Shown: positions 59,645 through 64,000 of the stretch, piece after piece | Position numbering within the stretch: position 1 is the first letter of the stretch | Layout: the number at the start of each line of letters is the position of its first letter | DNA from: Candidatus Woesearchaeota archaeon B3_Woes | GTDB lineage: Archaea > Nanobdellota > Nanobdellia > Woesearchaeales > B3-WOES | Direction: 5' to 3' | NCBI GenBank assembly: GCA_005222965.1 | Contig: NJBG01000001.1 | Span: forward strand, 82,323 to 146,322 | DNA length: 64,000 nt | Program-made: the position numbers and the translations under genes | The notes under the pieces: generated by a model | Database searches by the model: none | Seen by the model: only the letters and a program-made list of their open reading frames with translations | What the model was told of the DNA's origin: nothing

Positions 59645-60994
59645 TTAATGATTTGGAATAATTTCCAAATAATGTTTACAGGAACTTTCTGCTAACTTAT
59701 TAAACGCAGCCCTAACACTATCATTTTCTATTGCTTGTTGTGTTTCTAATACTAGATTATCCATTGTATTAAAATAGTGTGTTCTTGTTAATTTTGATTT
59801 TGTTTTCCCAATAAATGTTGAGAAGTCTCTCCCATTATATTCATTACAACAACCATAAGGACAAGGGAATTTTTTCCCATGAGAATCATATATTTTCTTC
59901 AATGCTCTCAGTGAAATCATAGAAAGAAAATAATAATAAAAATATTTTCCTTTCAAAAATGAGGGTAAGTCTGTATTTTTATAAGAAACAAACATGTTTT
60001 CTACAATCCCATTTGAAGGTGTAGAAAAACCATCAATTCCTGCTTGTAACATAAATAAACCCAAAGAATCAACATTTAATGCAAAAACTGGAATTTTAAA
60101 CTTCTTACTTACTACCTTTAAACCTTTCAAAAATCTTTTAAGGTTGTCTCTTTGAATTCCAGCATTTCTACTATCTAAACCATAAGAATCAACTATCTTA
60201 AAGAAAAAGAATTGAGGTTGCTCTTCATTTATATATTTCAATATTTTATCTAAATAATCATATTCTTCAAGTGTAGACGTCTTTAAAACAAAGTTTGCAG
60301 CAGGTATCCATCCTTCGTGAGTTTTACAAATTTTTTCTGTTTCTTTATTTATTTTTATAGCCATATCTAAACTCTCAGATACTTCGGGAATAATCAGATT
60401 AGATGGAGCTAATAATATTTTAGAACCCAACCTTTTGCTTCTTTGTAAAAATTTCAAAGTGTGGTTAAATTCTTTTCCATGAAGTTTATGAATATACTCT
60501 CTAAATAATTTAATTTTATCAATTCTTTTTTTGTTTCTACTTTCATCACCTTTCTTTTTACCAATACCTATTTTTTTAATTTGTTCAACATATTCTAATG
60601 GTAAATTTTCAATATCTATTTGGTCAGGATCAACCAAACTTAAATATGAAGATTCTCCTAAGGGATCGATTATTATAACTTTGTTTTCTATAATTTCTAA
60701 AAAACCATTTTCTTTCTTGGTTCCGTCAAGATTTAATTGTACAGACCTTGTTTTTTTTGGTAAGAGTAATTTCTTAACATTATTAAAAGGGATAATAACC
60801 CCTTGAAAACAATTTTTTTTAAACTTGTTATTTTCAACCCAATCTGATAAAAAATCAACATCCCAACTTGATTTAGGTTCAACAAAAAAGCAAGGAGTAC
60901 TGAATATTAAATCTTTTTTTGGTAAGTTTACATGAACTAATCTTCTTCTCACACCACTTGCTTCTTTAATTTCATTAATTTCGACGTTTTTCAT
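59645..60994 (-). CDS. divergent tRNA-guanine transglycosylase (TGT)-like TIM-barrel protein
   Basis: R...FSTPCFF N-terminus, IIIDP, AGIDGFS, C-terminal CPYGCC...RTHY Zn-site pattern. Confidence 0.55.
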   Translation of the reverse strand: MKNVEINEIKEASGVRRRLVHVNLPKKDLIFSTPCFFVEPKSSWDVDFLSDWVENNKFKKNCFQGVIIPFNNVKKLLLPKKTRSVQLNLDGTKKENGFLEIIENKVIIIDPLGESSYLSLVDPDQIDIENLPLEYVEQIKKIGIGKKKGDESRNKKRIDKIKLFREYIHKLHGKEFNHTLKFLQRSKRLGSKILLAPSNLIIPEVSESLDMAIKINKETEKICKTHEGWIPAANFVLKTSTLEEYDYLDKILKYINEEQPQFFFFKIVDSYGLDSRNAGIQRDNLKRFLKGLKVVSKKFKIPVFALNVDSLGLFMLQAGIDGFSTPSNGIVENMFVSYKNTDLPSFLKGKYFYYYFLSMISLRALKKIYDSHGKKFPCPYGCCNEYNGRDFSTFIGKTKSKLTRTHYFNTMDNLVLETQQAIENDSVRAAFNKLAESSCKHYLEIIPNH

Positions 60995-60998
60995 TTTC

Positions 60999-61499
60999 TC
61001 ACCTTATAATTCTTTTAGTATGTAATATTTTCATTATATCATCAAATCTTTCTTTAAATGTATCTAATTCATCTAATGGAATAATTATACCACCTTTAGA
61101 TTCTATCTCATTATATATATCTTCTTTCTTTTCTTGGATATATAAAAATTTACCAAGACGATTTGAGATAACATAAATTTCAAAAAACTTATTTTGTAAT
61201 ATTATTTTATTTTTATATATAGGATCTAAAAGATTTCCATTAGAAAAAAGTAATCCATTTCTTGAATCTGGTGGATATTGGTAAATTTCCCCTTTTGTGA
61301 TTAAGTTTTTGATATGTTTAGATATTGTGTTTCTATGAAAAAAAGTGTTTTCTTCAATCTGTTTCATGTTTATTCCAATATTAGTATTTAATTGGATTAT
61401 CTCTTTGATTTTAGATTCGGCATACTTCTCTCTTTCTTGAGGAGGTTTTTTTGAATATAAATCATATTCTTCTAGTTCAGGTATCTTTATCGTGTGCAT
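60999..61499 (-). CDS. wHTH plus PUR-like nucleic-acid-binding domain protein
   Basis: MKQIEENTFFHRNTISKHIKNL (HTH); NRLGKFLYIQE...GGIIIPLDELDTF resembles a PUR repeat. Confidence 0.55.
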   Translation of the reverse strand: MHTIKIPELEEYDLYSKKPPQEREKYAESKIKEIIQLNTNIGINMKQIEENTFFHRNTISKHIKNLITKGEIYQYPPDSRNGLLFSNGNLLDPIYKNKIILQNKFFEIYVISNRLGKFLYIQEKKEDIYNEIESKGGIIIPLDELDTFKERFDDIMKILHTKRIIR

Positions 61500-61686
61500 A
61501 TATATTGTGAATAGAAAGGTATTTAAATACTTTATGGTTTTCTAATATACATATTGTGCATTTACGTTGTGCACACCAAAAAACGAAACATTTATATACT
61601 TAAGTGATATACTTATTTAATAAGTAAATAACTTATTAATATAAATAAGGCAAGAAGCCCGAAGGCTTCCTGTCGGAGGAACCAAA

Positions 61687-62871
61687 ATGCACGACGAAGC
61701 ACAAAATAGTTCTCCAATAGGAGAAAACAATTCAGAGGTTAAAAGCTTTTCTGAATTAAAAGAACAAAATGAAGAGTTGCATAACATTGCTAAAGAAATT
61801 ATGTCAAGAATGGGAGAAGTCGAACAAGGCACTCATAAGAAATTTATACATGAGGTCATGGAAAAGTACAAAGATGTACAAAAGAAAAAAGATGGTAAAT
61901 ATAGTCAGGATTGGGCTTCATACAATAAAGTTCAGTCAAAAGAAAAACTCCTTTTAATGAACATTCTAGATGAACTTCTTAATTATGTTGAATTTCCTGA
62001 AGATAAGAAATGTGTTGGTAGAAAGCCTGTTGATTTAAAAGAGAAAATATTCTACACAATATTACAAGCCTACAATCTTAAAAGCGGTCGTAGGTGTATT
62101 TCTGACTTAGAGATAGCACGAAAACTAGGCTATGTAAACAAGACACCACATTTCAATACAGTATTGAATTGTCTTAAAGATCAATCTCTAACTATATATT
62201 TAAAACATTTAATTGAAGTTTCTGGTATTCCATTAAAACAAATAGAATCTGACTTTGCAGTTGATGCTTCTGGATTTTCCACATCAGAGTTTGGTAGATG
62301 GTTTGATGTTAGAACAGGCTCTAATTCCGATAAAAGAAAGTATAGGAAATGTCATATAACTTGTGGCGTCAGAACTAATATAATTACTGCTGTGAATATA
62401 ACAAAAGGAACAAGGTCAGATAGTCCAGAGTTTCCTGATCTAATTAAAAAAACAAACAGAATTTATGATATAAAAGAAGTTTCCGCAGATAAAGGGTATA
62501 CTTCCCGAGAAAACCTCCAAGCTGTTTCTAATATTGGGGCTATACCTTTTATACCTTTCAAAAAGAACATTAAGCCAAATACAAGGAGTAAGAATGTAGA
62601 CATTTGGAGAAAGATGTATATGTTCTTTACTCATTATCCAGAAGAGTTTGATCATCATTATCATAAAAGAAGTAATGTTGAGACTTGCTTTCATATGATT
62701 AAGAGGAAGTTTAACAGCCATTTGAGAAGCAGAACAGAAACAGGACAAGATAATGAAGTATTAGCTAAATGTTTATGCCACAATCTTTGTGTCTTGGCTC
62801 AAGAAGCTATGGAACTAGGAATTGAACTTGATTTTAAAAAATGTGCAGACATAGAGGTTGCACATAATTAG
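61687..62871 (+). CDS. DDE transposase (DDE_Tnp_1, IS4/IS5-like)
   Basis: AVDASGF, SADKGY, YHKRSNVET..HMIK (YREK-like) motifs. Confidence 0.93.
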   Translation: MHDEAQNSSPIGENNSEVKSFSELKEQNEELHNIAKEIMSRMGEVEQGTHKKFIHEVMEKYKDVQKKKDGKYSQDWASYNKVQSKEKLLLMNILDELLNYVEFPEDKKCVGRKPVDLKEKIFYTILQAYNLKSGRRCISDLEIARKLGYVNKTPHFNTVLNCLKDQSLTIYLKHLIEVSGIPLKQIESDFAVDASGFSTSEFGRWFDVRTGSNSDKRKYRKCHITCGVRTNIITAVNITKGTRSDSPEFPDLIKKTNRIYDIKEVSADKGYTSRENLQAVSNIGAIPFIPFKKNIKPNTRSKNVDIWRKMYMFFTHYPEEFDHHYHKRSNVETCFHMIKRKFNSHLRSRTETGQDNEVLAKCLCHNLCVLAQEAMELGIELDFKKCADIEVAHN

Positions 62872-62904
62872 GGATAGTTTATGTGCAAAGCTGGTTATTT
62901 CAAC

Positions 62905-63738
62905 TTATTTTTTAGTCTTAATTTTTTTATTGAGAAAATACCCTGCAATACCCAGAACTATAACTACTACAAGTACAGACAATCCAAGTCTAAAATTCTC
63001 TTTAGCTTTAAACAAACCTATTACTGCTCCAGTTATAGCACTAAGTCCTGTTTTTTCTGGTGTTGTTTCCTCTGTTGTCTCAGCAGGAGCTGTTTCCAGC
63101 CCTAAACCTTCATCTGTTTCTTCTTCGGGCTCTTCATTACTTTGAATTTGTACTTGTGGTGGAAGAACATAAGTACAGCTTACCGTTTGTCTGTAAGAAC
63201 CGTTATTACATTCTGTATCAGCACATAGTTCTGTTTGTTTACCATAAGAAGAACATGGAGAAATTGGCTCACACACATAATTAGGTTTACAGCTGGAGCC
63301 ACCACCGCCTCCTCCGCCTCCTCCTCCTCCGCCTCCTCCGCCACCTCCAGAGCCATCTTCTGGACTTGAAGGTTGTTCTGGTTGTTCTTGTATTATTACA
63401 TTTAAATCAAGATTATTTGTAGTGCCCCATCCTCTTGTTGCATTTCCTGCTTCTACATCTTCAATTTTAAAAATGATAATATCATCTATAAAACCAGACG
63501 TAACAAATAGTGTATATTTACCAGTTTCATTTAAATTATAAGTACTATCTAATGTTTCATTAACATAAACTTGTATTTCAGTTCCAATAGGAGCAGATTC
63601 ATTATTAATTTTTACATTCCCATAATATTTATCTGGTAATGGTGGTGTGGATGGAACTGCACTTACTAAACTTAAAGAAAATATTACAATAAATAAAATT
63701 AAAATTTTTTTAGTCATTTTTTCTTCTTCTTTCCCCAT
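62905..63738 (-). CDS. cell-surface protein with poly-Gly linker and C-terminal TM (start probably 63717)
   Basis: Signal peptide, poly-Gly run, Cys-rich segment, ITGAVIG plus TM. Confidence 0.75.
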   Translation of the reverse strand: MGKEEEKMTKKILILFIVIFSLSLVSAVPSTPPLPDKYYGNVKINNESAPIGTEIQVYVNETLDSTYNLNETGKYTLFVTSGFIDDIIIFKIEDVEAGNATRGWGTTNNLDLNVIIQEQPEQPSSPEDGSGGGGGGGGGGGGGGGGGSSCKPNYVCEPISPCSSYGKQTELCADTECNNGSYRQTVSCTYVLPPQVQIQSNEEPEEETDEGLGLETAPAETTEETTPEKTGLSAITGAVIGLFKAKENFRLGLSVLVVVIVLGIAGYFLNKKIKTKK

Positions 63739-64000
63739 AATAATATAAAAATTATTAATATTAACAATATAATTGGTATTATAAAAAATAACTTATTTTT
63801 ATTTGGTGTTTCTTGTGTTATTAATAAATCTATCTGTTCTATTTTTCCAACCCCATATTTAACAGTTTTATCTGTGTTAATTTCATTTACATACAAATTA
63901 ATAAGCTTTTCTGTTGGTTCTTGAATTAATAAAGTATAATGACCTTTCTTGGAAACTTCAACACTGGTTATTTTTTGTTCATCTATTTTTGCTGTTATTA
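63714..64000 (-). CDS. membrane-anchored protein, C-terminal part (runs off window end)
   Basis: Open frame to window end with C-terminal TM and poly-Lys. Confidence 0.55.
   Translation of the reverse strand, partial: ITAKIDEQKITSVEVSKKGHYTLLIQEPTEKLINLYVNEINTDKTVKYGVGKIEQIDLLITQETPNKNKLFFIIPIILLILIIFILLWGKKKKK

Larger units (their letters stand above)
56505..62891. mobile_element. 6.4-kb DDE transposon with cargo; 14-bp TIR, 9-10-bp TSD
   Basis: TIR GCTTTGCACATAAA (56506-56519) / TTTATGTGCAAAGC (62878-62891); direct repeat TGGTTATTTC at 56495-56504 and 62892-62901. Confidence 0.92.

Noticed and set aside
1232..63284. Many short antisense or overlapping ORFs in the track (e.g. 26512-27589, 28722-30058, 52290-52577, 62440-62748)
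   Set aside because: They are shadows of well-supported genes, with no motifs or start signals.
63295..63352. GC-rich CCN triplet repeat
   Set aside because: It encodes the poly-Gly linker of a surface protein.

Overview
AT-rich archaeal chromosomal segment whose gene set (rps7/rps12, rpl10e, cbf5, rpl31e/rpl39e/rps19e, rpoK, exosome-SBDS-proteasome-RNase P cluster, proS, tfb, trm1, pth2, large acidic surface proteins) suggests a DPANN archaeon, probably Woesearchaeota (inference from gene content). It has three tRNA genes; two carry bulge-helix-bulge introns at non-canonical positions, and tRNA-Met has two introns. Four features stand out. (1) A Xer-like tyrosine recombinase (20841-21671) and about ten dispersed dif-like 11-6-11 sites (about half clear, the rest degenerate) sit at the borders of accessory gene blocks, like Acinetobacter pdif modules; one block carries leuBCD and a terpene-synthase-fold gene. 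(2) The 523-aa LeuB has a duplicated dimerisation domain with complementary loss of catalytic residues, making it a candidate single-chain (monomeric) isopropylmalate dehydrogenase. (3) A 6.4-kb DDE transposon (56505-62891) has 14-bp TIRs and a 9-10-bp TSD and carries a type II R-M system plus a divergent TGT-fold / wHTH-PUR gene pair. (4) A short motif recurs just upstream of the TATA box of several accessory genes. All family calls are from motif recognition by eye; no searches were run.
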